A stretch of DNA of 64,000 nt from Octopus sinensis (lineage: Eukaryota), in the NCBI RefSeq assembly GCF_006345805.1, contig NC_043006.1:45260001-45324000 (forward strand). The letters run 5' to 3'. A program made the translations under genes and the position numbers. A model generated the notes under the pieces. That model worked only from the letters and a program-made list of their open reading frames with translations, was not told the DNA's origin and made no database searches. Positions 40,804 to 52,730 of the stretch are shown here, piece by piece; positions within the stretch are counted from its first letter, which is position 1; every line of letters begins with the position of its first letter.

Positions 40804-41175
40804 CAGTAATACCTCGCAGTACGAGTTTAATTTGTTCCATGACCGAGCTCGACTTACGATTTACTAGTTTTACAAATCAATTTTCCCCACTGAATTAACC
40901 TGTGTCGGTGGCACATAAAAACACCATCCGAGCGTGGCCGTCTGCCAGCTCGTACCTGTGTCGGTGGCACATAAAATCACCCACTACCTCTCGGAGTGGT
41001 TGGCGTTAAAGGGCATCCGCTGTAGAACACTCACATCTGACTGGCCTGGTGCAGCCTTCGGGCTTCCCAGACCCCAGTTGAACCGTCCAACCCTGCTAGC
41101 ATGGAAAGCGGACGTTAAACGATGATGATGATGATGATGATAATTAATCCGTTCCAGCTCCCAAAAAAACCACTC
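40804..41175. mobile_element. Tigger/pogo-like MITE fragment interrupted by an RTE 3' end
   Basis: TA|CAGTAATACCTCG start; insert 40898-41141 flanked by AATTAA; host sequence resumes AATTAATCCGTTCC. Confidence 0.6.
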
Positions 41176-41225
41176 AAAAATGATTTGTGAATAGATTTGG
41201 TAGACAGAAACTGAAAGAAGCCTGC

Positions 41226-41263
<38 letters not shown>

Positions 41264-42133
41264 CACTTGGCCTGACATCTTACGATGGTTGTAGATGAGC
41301 ATCACCATCATACAAGCAGTGTTGCTGGTTTCCAGTCTTCTGTGAAAAACATGTCAAGCTATGAGAAATATTCTTTTCTACTCCAGGCACAAGGCCCAAA
41401 ATTTTGGTGGGAGAGGGTAGGCAGTTGATTAGATCGACCCCAGTATGCAGCTGGTACTTAATTCATCGAACCCGAAACGATGAAAGGCAAAGTTGACCTC
41501 AGCAGAATTCGAAAAGCTATGAGAAATATTACCATGCTGAGAAACAGGTGAAGGTTGACAACAGGAAGTCTGTAGAAAATCTGCCTTGACAAATTCCACG
41601 TAACCCATGCAAACATAAAAGAGTGGATTTTAAATAATAGTGATGACGATGATGACAGTGGTGGTGGTGGTGATGAGGATGATGAAAGACAAGCAAGGTT
41701 TCATGTAACGTAAACGTTACTTTTTTCATTCTGTAACACATCATCATCATCATCGTTTAACGTCTGCTTTCCATGCTAGCATGGGTTGGACGATTTGACT
41801 GAGGACTGGCGAACCAGATGGCTGCACCAGGTTCCAATCTTGATCTGGCAGAGTTCTACATCTGGATGCCCTTCCTAACGCCAACCACTCCAAGAGTGTA
41901 GTGGGTGCTTTTACGTGCCACCAGCACAAGGGCCAGTCAGGCGGTACTGGCAACACAACTGGAAGAAATATTTGACCAACTATTTACTAAGAGCAAACGG
42001 ATGAATATAAAAGGAAATTGTTCTCTACATCATCTATTCATTGTACAACTGCTTTCCCAGGATACCATGAGTAGGATGTATGGAAGAAACTAATAAAAGG
42101 TAATATTCAGCTGCAAAAACTATCACTGAAGTA

Positions 42134-42476
42134 GGGTGACCCCACCCCCTTCGGTCATGAATGACCATGGGACTGCACCTAGAAGGTTACCCTCCAAGGC
42201 ACAAGTCCGGTCAAGATTGTTTATGGAAGACCATCAATTGCCCATGCATACCAGTCCGCCCTCTCCATGCCACCGATGTTATCCGAGGGAAAGGCAAAGG
42301 CTGATACAGCTTGGCACCAGTGACATAACAAATCATTTCTACAGTTTAGTGAACTGGAGTAATGTGAAATAAGGTATCTTGTTCAAGAACACAACACGCA
42401 GCCCGGTCTGGGAATTGAACTCACAACCTCACAATCGTAAGCTCCACACTCTAACCACTGAGCCATGCGCCTTCAC
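42134..42476 (-). mobile_element. tRNA-derived SINE (tail type i)
   Basis: 12-bp TSD ATCACTGAAGTA at 42122-42133 and 42477-42488. Confidence 0.9.
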
Positions 42477-43107
42477 ATCACTGAAGTAATAATTGTAGAA
42501 ATCATCATCATCATTTAATGTCGGCTTTCCATGCTGGCATGGGTTGGACGATTTGACAAGAATTGGCAAGCGAGAGAGCTGCGCCAGGTTCCACTGTCTG
42601 TTCTGACAAGGTTTCTACTGCTGGATAATTGTCCTAATGCCAACCACTTTACAGAGTGTGCTGGGTACTTTTCACGTGACACCAGCACAAGGTGGCAAAA
42701 AAATAACGATAAATTAATCAATTAATTAATAAAGAGTAAAGACCCCCACTTTGGTCATGAATGACCATGGGATTGCACCTAGGAAGTTCCCCTCTGAGGC
42801 ACAAGTGCAGGTAAGGTTTGTTTATAGAAGACCAGCAGTCGCCCATGCATACCAGCCTCCCTTCTTCACGCCACTGATGTTATTAAAAGGAAGAGGCAAA
42901 GGTCGATACAACTTAGCACCAGTGACATCGCAACTCATTTCTACAGCTGAGTAAACTGGAGCAACATGAAATGAAGTGTCTTGTGCAAGAATACAACACA
43001 GCCCGGAATTGAACTCACTAACATCATGAGTGTGAGCCCAACGCACTAACCACTGAACCATGCACTTTCACTAATTAATTAAACAGTAGAACCAAAATAA
43101 TAAACAA

Positions 43108-43419
43108 CTAGCACTATGACCCGGCAACGCCGGCTCATAGTGCTAGTGCATGCATATACAGCTGCGTGCATGCGCACATACACGCGAATACTGTCCAAAT
43201 CTCCGATCAATCACATACAGCTAGCTGGCATTCAATTGGCATATCAAGTTTCGAGCATTTTGATTGGGTTTTGGATAGAAAATTTTTTTTAAAGTCACTT
43301 CTATTGATTTTTTTAATGACCATAGAAAGTGCGAGCCTTCTAACTGAAAAATTGTGGATTTGTATAAAGGACGTGCACACACACACACAGACATTTTGCT
43401 GTTTATATATATAGAGAGA
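43108..43419 (-). mobile_element. Non-autonomous Helitron
   Basis: On the minus strand: A|TCTCTCTATATATATAAAC 5' end, GC-rich hairpin CCGGCGTTGCCGG, terminal CTAG|T, no TSD. Confidence 0.8.
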
Positions 43420-44728
43420 TAATTGTAGATCTAAACAGTAATCTTATAAAATTGCCTGGCATAACTTACTTCAAGGGAGATAACCTTACTAATACAACTA
43501 CTGTATTTGGCATAAAAAGACGCACATGCATATTGGATACATCCCAACTTCAACAACAGATTTTTTTTTTCAACGGGGTGGATTGTGCATTAAAGGATGT
43601 AATATAGTTCGAATTCCACATACAGGACTCGAAGTTATTTTTTTGTTAAATTATTTTAATAATTTTATGGAAAAAAACTGCGTTTTATATGCCATTACAT
43701 AAAGTAGTTTAAATACGTTAAGCTATTTCATTACTGCATCCAACACTATTCAACACAAAAGGACTTTAAATATTCTTTTCTGCTCTAGGTACAATGCCCG
43801 AAATTTTTGAGGAGGGGGCCAGTTGATTAAATCGACCCCAGTATGTAACTGGTACTTAATTTACTGACCCCGAAAGGATGAAAGGCAAAATTGACCTCGG
43901 CAGAATTTGAACTCTGAACATAAAGACAGATGAAATACCGATAAGCATTTTGCCCGCCGTAGTAACACTTCTCCCAACTTGCTGCTTTAAGGACTTTAAA
44001 TAAGGGGTGCTGCAGTTCCACAGGGTCTATACACGAGCTGCCACTGCTCAGAAAATAGTATTATTAAATACTTAATATTATTGATGCTGTACTTTCTATA
44101 ATTGTAATAATAATAATGGTTTCATATTCAGGCACAAGACCAGCAATTTCGGGGGAGGGAGTAAATCATTTACATTGACCCCAGTGTTCAAGTGGTACTT
44201 ATTTTATTGACCCCAAAAACTATGAAAAGCCAAGTCAACCTTGACAGAATTTGAACTCAAAATGTAAAGACAAACAAAATGACGCTAAGCTTTTTGTCCG
44301 GCTTGCTAACGATTCTGCCAGCTTGCTGCCTTTATTGTTACTATAATATTGCTACTCAGCTGTGTGATTAGGTAGTTTGCTTCCCAACCACATGGTTTCA
44401 GGTTCAGTCCCACTGAGTAGCACCTTGGGCAAGTCCCTTTTACTATAGACATGGTCACACAAAGCATTGTGAGTCATTTGGAAGATGGAAACTGACTCAT
44501 CGTATACTCTTTTACTTGTTTCAGTCATTTGACTGTGGCCATGCTGGAGCACCGCCTTTAGTCCAGCAAATCAACCCCAGGACTTATTCTTTGTAAGCCT
44601 AGTACTTATTCTATCGGTCTCTTTTGCCGAACTGCTAAGTTACGGGGACGTAAACACACCTGCATCAGTTGTCAAGCGATGTTGGGGGGACAAGCACAGA
44701 CACACAAACATATACACACACATACATA

Positions 44729-44791
<63 letters not shown>

Positions 44792-45371
44792 CATACATAC
44801 ATACAACGGGCTTCTTTCAGTTTCTGTCTACCAAATCCACTCACAAGGCTTTGGTCGGCCCGAGACTATAGTAGAAGATACTTTCCCAAGGTGCCATGTA
44901 GGGGGAATGAACCCGGAACCATGTGGTTCATAAGCAAGCTACTTACCACACAGCCACTCCTATGTAAACAAATATACGATATAAGGTGTGTATGTGGTGC
45001 GTGTGTGTGTGTATCTTGTCCTGACATCACATGATAGTCGTAAATGAGTGTCATTGTCATACAAGCGGTGTCATTCATTTCCAATACTCTGCAAAACATG
45101 TCTGGCCATAGGAAATATGACCCTCCCTGCCTGGAAAAGGTGAAGCTTGGCAACAGGAAGAGCATCCAGCCAGAGAAAATCTTCCTCAATAAACTCATCC
45201 AGCCCATGCAAGCAAGTGGGCATAAAAACAATGATGACCATGATGACAAACTCTGTTGTGGTATGAATTCAGAATATAAATATACACAACTAAAATCACA
45301 GGACATTTAGCTCAGCACTCTTCCACCTCAGCCATTTCAACACTCTTCCGATATATAATTATAATACTCAC

Positions 45372-45610
45372 GTTTCGTTCTTGTCTGTATGTTCGTCCTT
45401 GTGAACTTTGTGTCCATAGCTACCACCGACGATGATCATTCCTGTGTCAGACTTCTTCACAGAGAACGGCAACACCAAAACCGACATAGACTTCATGTAG
45501 AACTGTGAGTGGGCCGTGCCAGACATGTTACGCAGTTGTTGTGTCCAAAGCAGTTGCAAGTTTTCATCAAAACACAAAACCTGCCAGTGATCAGTTACTA
45601 CGACAATAAC
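45372..45610 (-). CDS. NERD1-like protein, coding exon 2
   Basis: ttacttttag|GTT...AC|gtgagt; 239 nt, phase 0 to 2. VIVVVTDHWQVLCFDENLQLLW...DTGMIIVGG resembles the plant WSVLCFDHNL...DTGLVIVGG segment (recalled). Confidence 0.93.
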
Positions 45611-45904
45611 CTAAAAGTAACAGCAATAAGAACATTGGAGATATTACGGGAATATTCCTGATTCAAGAATGATACAGGAATCATTATCATCATCATCATC
45701 ATTGTTGTCGTTTAACATCCACTTTCCATGCTGGCATGGGTTGGACGGTTTGACTGAGGACTAGCAAGCCAGGAGGCTGCACCAAGCTCCAATCCGATCC
45801 AGATGTAGAAACCTTGCCAGATCAGATTGGAGCCTGGTGCAGCCTCCTGGCTTGCCAGTCCTGAGTCACACCGTCCTGAGTCGGACCGTCCAACCCATGT
45901 CAAC

Positions 45905-45937
<33 letters not shown>

Positions 45938-46875
45938 GTGAATCTTCCTTGTTTCAAAATTCAAATTTATGTATTTGTGAGATATCCTATAGCAGTAACA
46001 CTTAAGATGCTGAGTTCAATCTCTACTAGTGTTAATGATTTGTGCTATTTAAAACAAAAAAAAAAGCAAGACATACACCTCTACTTACATAAGAAAGCTA
46101 GGCACGAGACATTCCGGCCTGGCCATTTTGGTGCCACATATTTGGTGTCGCTGATTCTACATTGACTTATTATTTGACAGTGAAGGCACATGAAGGTTAA
46201 GGTATTCAATCCACAATCATAAAGTCATGAGTTCAATTCCTGGCTACACATTGTGTCCTTGAGCAAGACTCTTTATTTCATGTTGCTCCAGTTTGCTCAG
46301 CTGGCAAAAATAAGTTGTACCTGTAGTTCAAAGGTCCTGCCATGTCACGTTCTGTGCCACGTTGAATATCCCTGAGAACTACATTAAGCGTGCATGTGTC
46401 TGTGGAGTGGTCAGCCACTCACACATTAATTTCACGAGCAGGCTGTTCTGTTGATTGGCACCTTGGGCAAGTGTCTTCTACTATAGCTTCGGGCCGACCA
46501 AAGCCTTGTGAGTGGATTTGATAGACAGAAACTGAAAGAAACCCCTCATATATATGCATATATGCATATATGTATATGTATGTGTGCGTGTGTATGTTTG
46601 TGTGTCTGTGTTTGTCTTCCCAACATCGCTTGACAACCAATGCTGGTGTTTACGTCTCCGTAACTTACCGGTTTGGCAAAAGACACCAATAGAATAAGTC
46701 CTGGGGTCAATTTGCTCAACTAAAGGCGGTGCTCCAGCATGGCCACAGTCAAATGACTGAAACAAGTAAAAGAGTATTGAACCCATAACCTAACTACTTA
46801 GTCATGTACCTTCAAACACACGTACTAAACAGACTCTATGAAAGAATTAAATGCATCAAAAAACATGACACTCAC

Positions 46876-47328
46876 CTGTTTCCTGACTTGGACCATCGAC
46901 TTATAAGGAAGCAAGTAACCAGTTGTCATGGCAACGGGCCAGCCTAACTGCTCAGACTTGGGGCTCAACATAGTCTTGCATTTGACAATGACGTGAGGAA
47001 GGATTTTGTCTTCTTCGTCTCTGTTATCAACGTCTGGTAAAACAAGGATGCTGAGTTTCATGTCATTTGAGAGCAGGATGATTTCATTGGTGCCATCACT
47101 GTCGAGATCGGTCACAATGGGTGATGGTAATGCTTCATTTTCTAAAGGATATTTCCCATTGGCATAGAGGTGAGTGTCAGCCCGCTTTCTCCACATTGGC
47201 TGCAGGTTGTAGATATCATCAGCACGGAAGAGATACACGATGAGGAACAGAAGGACTATAACAGAAATGTGGTTGGCTGAAATACTTTCAGCTTTTACCT
47301 TTAGTTTTTCCACAATTTCAAAAGTCAT
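46876..47328 (-). CDS. FG-GAP repeat membrane protein, NERD1/At3g51050-like; coding exon 1
   Basis: Acceptor tttgtag|AAACCATG (exon starts 47333, ATG at 47328); donor CAG|GTGAGT; 453 nt, phase 0. Hydrophobic anchor ISVIVLLFLIVYLF, then FG-GAP-type motif LPSPIVTDLDSDGTNEII. Confidence 0.93.
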
Positions 47329-49530
47329 GGTTTCTACAAAAAGAAATATCAGAAAAAAAAAAAACAGATTTGAGTTAGAAAAATGAATAAAAGGAGAAAT
47401 AAGGAAAGCTTGTAACAATGCAGAAAGTCTTTTAAAAATATCTTTATATTTTGGAGTTAAAGGCCTTGTGTCAGTGCCTTGTCAAAAGCACCCAGCTCAC
47501 TGTGTAAAGTGGTTGGCATAAGGAGGGGCATCCAGTCTTAGAAACCAAGCCAAATCAGATTGGAGCTTGATGCAGCCTTCCAGCTTGCCAGCTCTGGTCA
47601 AACTGTCCAACCCATGCCAGCATGGACAACGGACATTAAATGATGATGATGATGATAATATGTCTATCTTCAGAAGAATACAGTCAAGGAAATGTGTATT
47701 TACATGGATCTTCCCAATTTGAATAATCTGGTGCTTGTGCTAGTTGCGGAAGCTCCCCAAATGCTGGTGCAGTTGGCGCTGTAGAGGTCACATTGGGGAT
47801 GGTGGTTCTGGGGATGGTGGTGCTGTGGATGGTGGAGCTGGGGATGGTGAAGACTGGTTGTAGGTTGGCAGCAGTGGCAGTGAAGGTGGTTGACTATGGT
47901 GAATGCCGTTGGAGTAGTTGGTGATGGTGGTATCTACATTGGTTTAGTGGGTAATGGTGGTAGGAGTAGGTGGTGACACTGGTGGTGTATGTTTTTATAG
48001 AAGTCATTTCGGCTCAGGAACACTTGAGAAAGGTAAGATTCATTTAACAAGAAAAGTAATACTCGTAAACCACATGCCAAACTTGAACTGATTCCATAAA
48101 CAAAGAACTCAAGAGCATCCTCCAGTAAGGCCATGCCAAATTTGTCTCTTTTTACCAGCAAAAAGTTTCAAGCACTCTTCATATCATGCAAACATCAATG
48201 CAACACATCTCTAAAATATGCAAAACTCAGCTAGAGTCCTCATAGTCGCTCCAAATGCTGGGCCTCACTATCACCAAGGATTTCTCCTGACAGAAGCACA
48301 TTCTTAGCATAGTCAGAACCACATTCCAAAGACTAGGCCTTCTCTTTAGAATCAGAAGATATTTCAATCTCTGAATAAAAATTGACAGAGATGATCAGAC
48401 CGATTTTTGCAAATATAAAATTATGACAATGATAATAATGACAACATTTAAATACACACACACACACACACAGTGTCTCATACACATAATATAAAAAAGT
48501 TAACCAAGATTATCCTCACAAGACAAAAACTCCCTCTAGTGGTGTTTAAATCTAAAAAGAACAAGCAAGGTTAATAACTCCAACAATATGAACCAATTTT
48601 GTAAAATAGAGATGATGGAATTAGGGATTATGTTAACCAACAATGAGGCAGAGGGAAAGTATGTACGTGTGTGTCATCATCGTTTAACGTCCACTTTTCC
48701 ATGTTTGCATGGGTTAAACAGAATTTGTTGAGGCAGATTTTCTACAGCTAGATGCCCTTCTCATTGCCAACCCTCACCTGTTTTCAAGGAAGGTAATATT
48801 TTCACATAGTTGGATGTGCTTTCCATGGAAGACTGGAGATGAGTACTTGTATGACAATGATGTTCACTTACAACCATCACATAATGTGAAGACAAAGGTA
48901 CACACACATGGTTTCCTCCGTTTCTGTTAACCAAATCCACTCACAAGGCTTTAGTTGACCCGGAACTATATATAGAAGAAGACACTTGCCCGAGATACTG
49001 TGCAGTGAGGCCGAACCTGAGACCATGTGAATGGGAAGCAAACTTCATATCATACAACCATGCCTACACACACAAATACACACACTAGCGGAGAGAATAT
49101 CTAATAGCTAAACATACCCAATACACGCTTGTTGTAAAGTGTATAGATCCTGTTCTATGTGACATAGATAACTATTTAATTAAACCCATATCTTATGATT
49201 CAGCTTAGGCGAATGAGTGGAGAACAACCTTTCTACAGTGTATGTGAAGTAGAATTGGGGATTTGCCACCACTCTTATTGTTTACTCTCTACTTCACAAT
49301 GCACAGAAGAGGATTGCTAGTGTCCATTTGGATACCTGCGTGAAACAACTGTACATAACTCAATTATACACGTACGTACGTAGGTATGCATGCACAAACA
49401 CTGAAATGAAAATGTCCCATAACCCTTAATGAAACGTTGGATCACCACTGGAAGTTTCGACTTTATTTAGTGTACTTGATAAAAAAATTATTCCTCTGGC
49501 TGGAAACGGCAGGTTTGAAAGTGACCGGTA

Positions 49531-49806
49531 AGTCGATAACATCGACTCCAGTGCGTAACTGGTACTTAATTTATCGACCCCGAAAGGATGAAAGGTAAAG
49601 TCGACCTCGGCGGAATTTGAACTCATTTCGTCTGCCGTTACGTTGTGAGTTCAAATTCCGCCGAGGTCGACTTTACCTTTCAACCTTTCGGGGTCGATAA
49701 ATTAAGTACCAGTTACGCACTGGAGTCGATGTAATCGACTTAATACCTATGTCTGTCCTTGTTTGTCCTCTCTGTGTTTAGCCCCTTGTGGGTAGTAAAG
49801 AAATAG
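49531..49806. mobile_element. Deu/Nin-domain SINE with a 95-bp inverted duplication
   Basis: Arms 49531-49625 and 49646-49740, near-perfect, 20-nt spacer. Confidence 0.88.
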
Positions 49807-50386
49807 TTAAATAAAGTCACAATTTTGGCTAGGAGAAAAAAAGTCACAATTTATGGTGGCCGGTAATAAAGTCACAATTAATTTATGGGATCCGCACAAA
49901 ACACCCCTAGGACAAAACCTCCTCGGACCCCACCCCCGGACAAAACCCTTATGATTTTTTTTTGATTTTTTTCCTGTGACTGTTTTTACCTCGATTCGGT
50001 CTGAAGTAAACATGCGGCGGATAGACTCAACCAGGAATTGAAACTGTGCCCCAAAAGCTAACTTTAACTGGATTACTGAGAGCTTAATTTAGAACGTGTG
50101 GTGGTTGTGGTGAAGGTGATGGTCTTTGTAGTGTCTGTGTGTGTCTAATAGTTAAATTCTTAATCCAACTGTAAGTTATCGACATCTCAAGAATCGTGAG
50201 AGCAATGCATTTTGAAACATATTGCTGTTATTGTTGTTTTGTCCTATACCAGTTCTGGGCGAGTATACCCATATTCGAAGGCATCCCAGCTGTGTCCATT
50301 TAAAAAAAAAAGGTAACATTTTGGCCTCAAGCTGTTAAAACACACAATTTCGTAAACTTCATGGAAAACATAATTTTCAGACCTAC

Positions 50387-50600
50387 CTTCACCGAGATCG
50401 AAATTTAAATGATGTGAGACGAATAAATATGATTTGTTTGGTGATAGCAATCTTTCTATAGTTTAAACATGTTCACTGAAATATTCCTTCAGTAGTTTAT
50501 TGCTTTTAATTTAAATCATAAACGAAACTAAGTTACACAATCTCTGTGAGATAGCATGGATGCGGCCATAATTAAACGGTGTCAGGTGAAAACATTTCTC
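50387..50600 (-). promoter_or_regulatory. Candidate non-coding first exon and promoter of the NERD1-like gene
   Basis: Coding exon 1 has an acceptor 5 nt before the ATG, so an upstream exon is implied. Strong donor AAG|GTAGGT at 50387/50386, YY1-like ATGGCCGC at 50562-50569, CpGs retained locally. The 5' limit is a guess. Confidence 0.45.
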
Positions 50601-50913
50601 TTCTTCAAACATATTCCAGGCTTTATGTCAGCGATCTTCAGTGTAATCGTTCAACCTGCGAAAAATAACAACCATCTCTCCCTCAGGTCACATTTAACCG
50701 CTTAAAAAGTTAGAAAGAACGTTATATAATGTAGTTCTATATGCAGTATTTCGTGGAAACGAGACAATAATCTGGGTTTAACCACTAAAACAAACGATTA
50801 GCTTTTTTTTTTTTGCATGTCATAGAATATTTAATTCTTCGTGCTATCTAAAGTCATTAAAAGATGCTTGAGCGTCAGTCTCACTGTTCATTTAAAAACG
50901 TGTTATAAGAAGT

Positions 50914-51308
50914 GTGGAGGCGCAATGGCCCAGTGGTTAGGGCAGCGGACTCGCGGTCGTAGGATCGTAGGATCGTGGTTTCGATTCCCAGACCGGGCGT
51001 TGTGAGTGTTTATTGAGCGAAAACACCTAAAGCTCCACGAGGCTCCGGCAGGGATGGTGGTGATCCCTGCTGTACTCTTTCGCCACAACTTTCTCTCACT
51101 CTTACTTCCTGTTTCTGTTGTACCTGTATTTCAAAGGGCCGGCCTTGTCACTCTCTGTGTCACGCTGAATATCCACGAGAACTACGTTAAGGGTACACGT
51201 GTCTGTGGAGTGCTCAGCCACTTACACGTTAATTTCACGAGCAGGCTGTTCTGTTGATCAGATCAACCGGAACCCTCGTCGTCGTAACCGACGGAGTGCT
51301 TCCATCCA
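50914..51308 (+). mobile_element. Intact tRNA-derived SINE (tail type iii)
   Basis: 11-bp TSD TTATAAGAAGT; A/B boxes; CpGs preserved. Confidence 0.92.
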
Positions 51309-51431
51309 TTATAAGAAGTCAACTACGCATGCATGTATACATACATGTAAGTAAGTGGACATACAAGTAAGTGGACAAACGAAAGGAAATGGCACTCAAC
51401 ATATTTGATAGGGAGTACATATATTTTTAAT

Positions 51432-51520
51432 GAGTGTAGGACAAAAGCCCCCTAGGACGAAAGCCTCTCGGACAAAAGCCCCATAGTTAAAGTGTGCAAG
51501 TGGACAAAAGCCCCACGGTT
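51432..51520. repeat. GGACAAAAGCCCC subrepeat array, likely a DNA-transposon TIR remnant
   Basis: Four degenerate units; a related array at 49888-49950. Confidence 0.55.
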
Positions 51521-52535
51521 ATATTTTTCGATTTTTTTCCTTCGTTTTAGTGGATATACTGCGGCCATGCTGGGGCACCACCTGGAAGAATTTTTAGTCG
51601 AATGTAACGACACCAGAATTTTTAAGAAGTTAAGCCTAAAGGTATCTCCACATGCTAGAAATAACAGCAAAATCACTTGAAAGTTTTTTATAACCCTCTC
51701 GGTTTTTTTATTTTCTAAAAATCTTTTTACTTGTTTCATTTACTGGACTACGGCCATGCTGGAGCGCCAGCTTGAAGAATTTTTAGTCACAGAAAAATCA
51801 GCATTTTAAAATATATATTTAAAGTCTTTTGTTTTCTTCTCTCAGCAATTACAGATTAATGAGAATAAGTTGACCTTTTGAACTTTTTCCGGCCGTTGAA
51901 TGTCTAACAGAAGGCTAGTCATTCAAACGTATTTTTTATAGTTTGCCTAAATAGGGAGATGGGTGTTTCTGCATAAAAATGACAAATTTTGGTTTTTGTG
52001 AAGAAAAAACAAGTCAGAGACATGTGTCACGTACGCTTGAGGGAAATTCCTCTCTCTCTCTCTCTCTCTTTCTGTTATATATACACAAATACGGACGTAG
52101 TAGATAACAGCTAGCCTTTGGACCCTGTTGTGTCCACTACTCTGATTGGTTGGTATTGGTGCAATTTGTCTCTTGCTCTATTGCACGCCAATGTGCAACC
52201 CAACCAATCACAGTCTTCTGATAAGGTCACGCGAGACAATCTCTTCTAAACTTCAGTTTGAGCCGACTGCTCACTGTAAAGCTCTAGCTTCACATCAGGC
52301 TGATGTCTTTCGGTTCCAGACCTTTTAATGTCTAACCACTGACCACGCAGGACACAGCCAGTTCCAGTGACAACACAACAGCAGTCACATGGTCACTCAT
52401 CCAACAGCATACGGCAATCTCTTTCTGCATCGCCTCCATCATCTTCTTAATGTCGTCAACATCATCTCTCTGTTTAAGAAGAAAATAATATTTTAGACAT
52501 CTATACATTTACATATATATATATATATATATAAA

Positions 52536-52730
52536 GTTAATCCAAACAAGAACGCACAAAAAAACACAACAACGTGAGGACGTGGAACAAATATAGTATT
52601 ATTGGACGCTCAGGAAAGAAGGAGGGTTTAACGTTTCGAGCGGAGCTCTTCATCGGAAACATAGGAGAAGGAAAGATCCAGAGAAGGGAAGACAGAAGGA
52701 AAAAAATCGCCAACGGTACACATGAGGTCA
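52536..52730 (-). mobile_element. Family B copy 3
   Basis: GTTT-CCGATGA-A-GAGC-TCC-GCTC-GAAA-CGTT-AAAC at 52626-52660; abuts (TA)n. Confidence 0.8.

Noticed and set aside
47760-48360. GGT-rich tract and adjacent 75-aa minus ORF
   Set aside because: No recognisable domain or consistent splice frame; probably decayed repeat.
50914-50995. tRNA-like sequence
   Set aside because: SINE head inside a TSD-flanked element; no proper cloverleaf.
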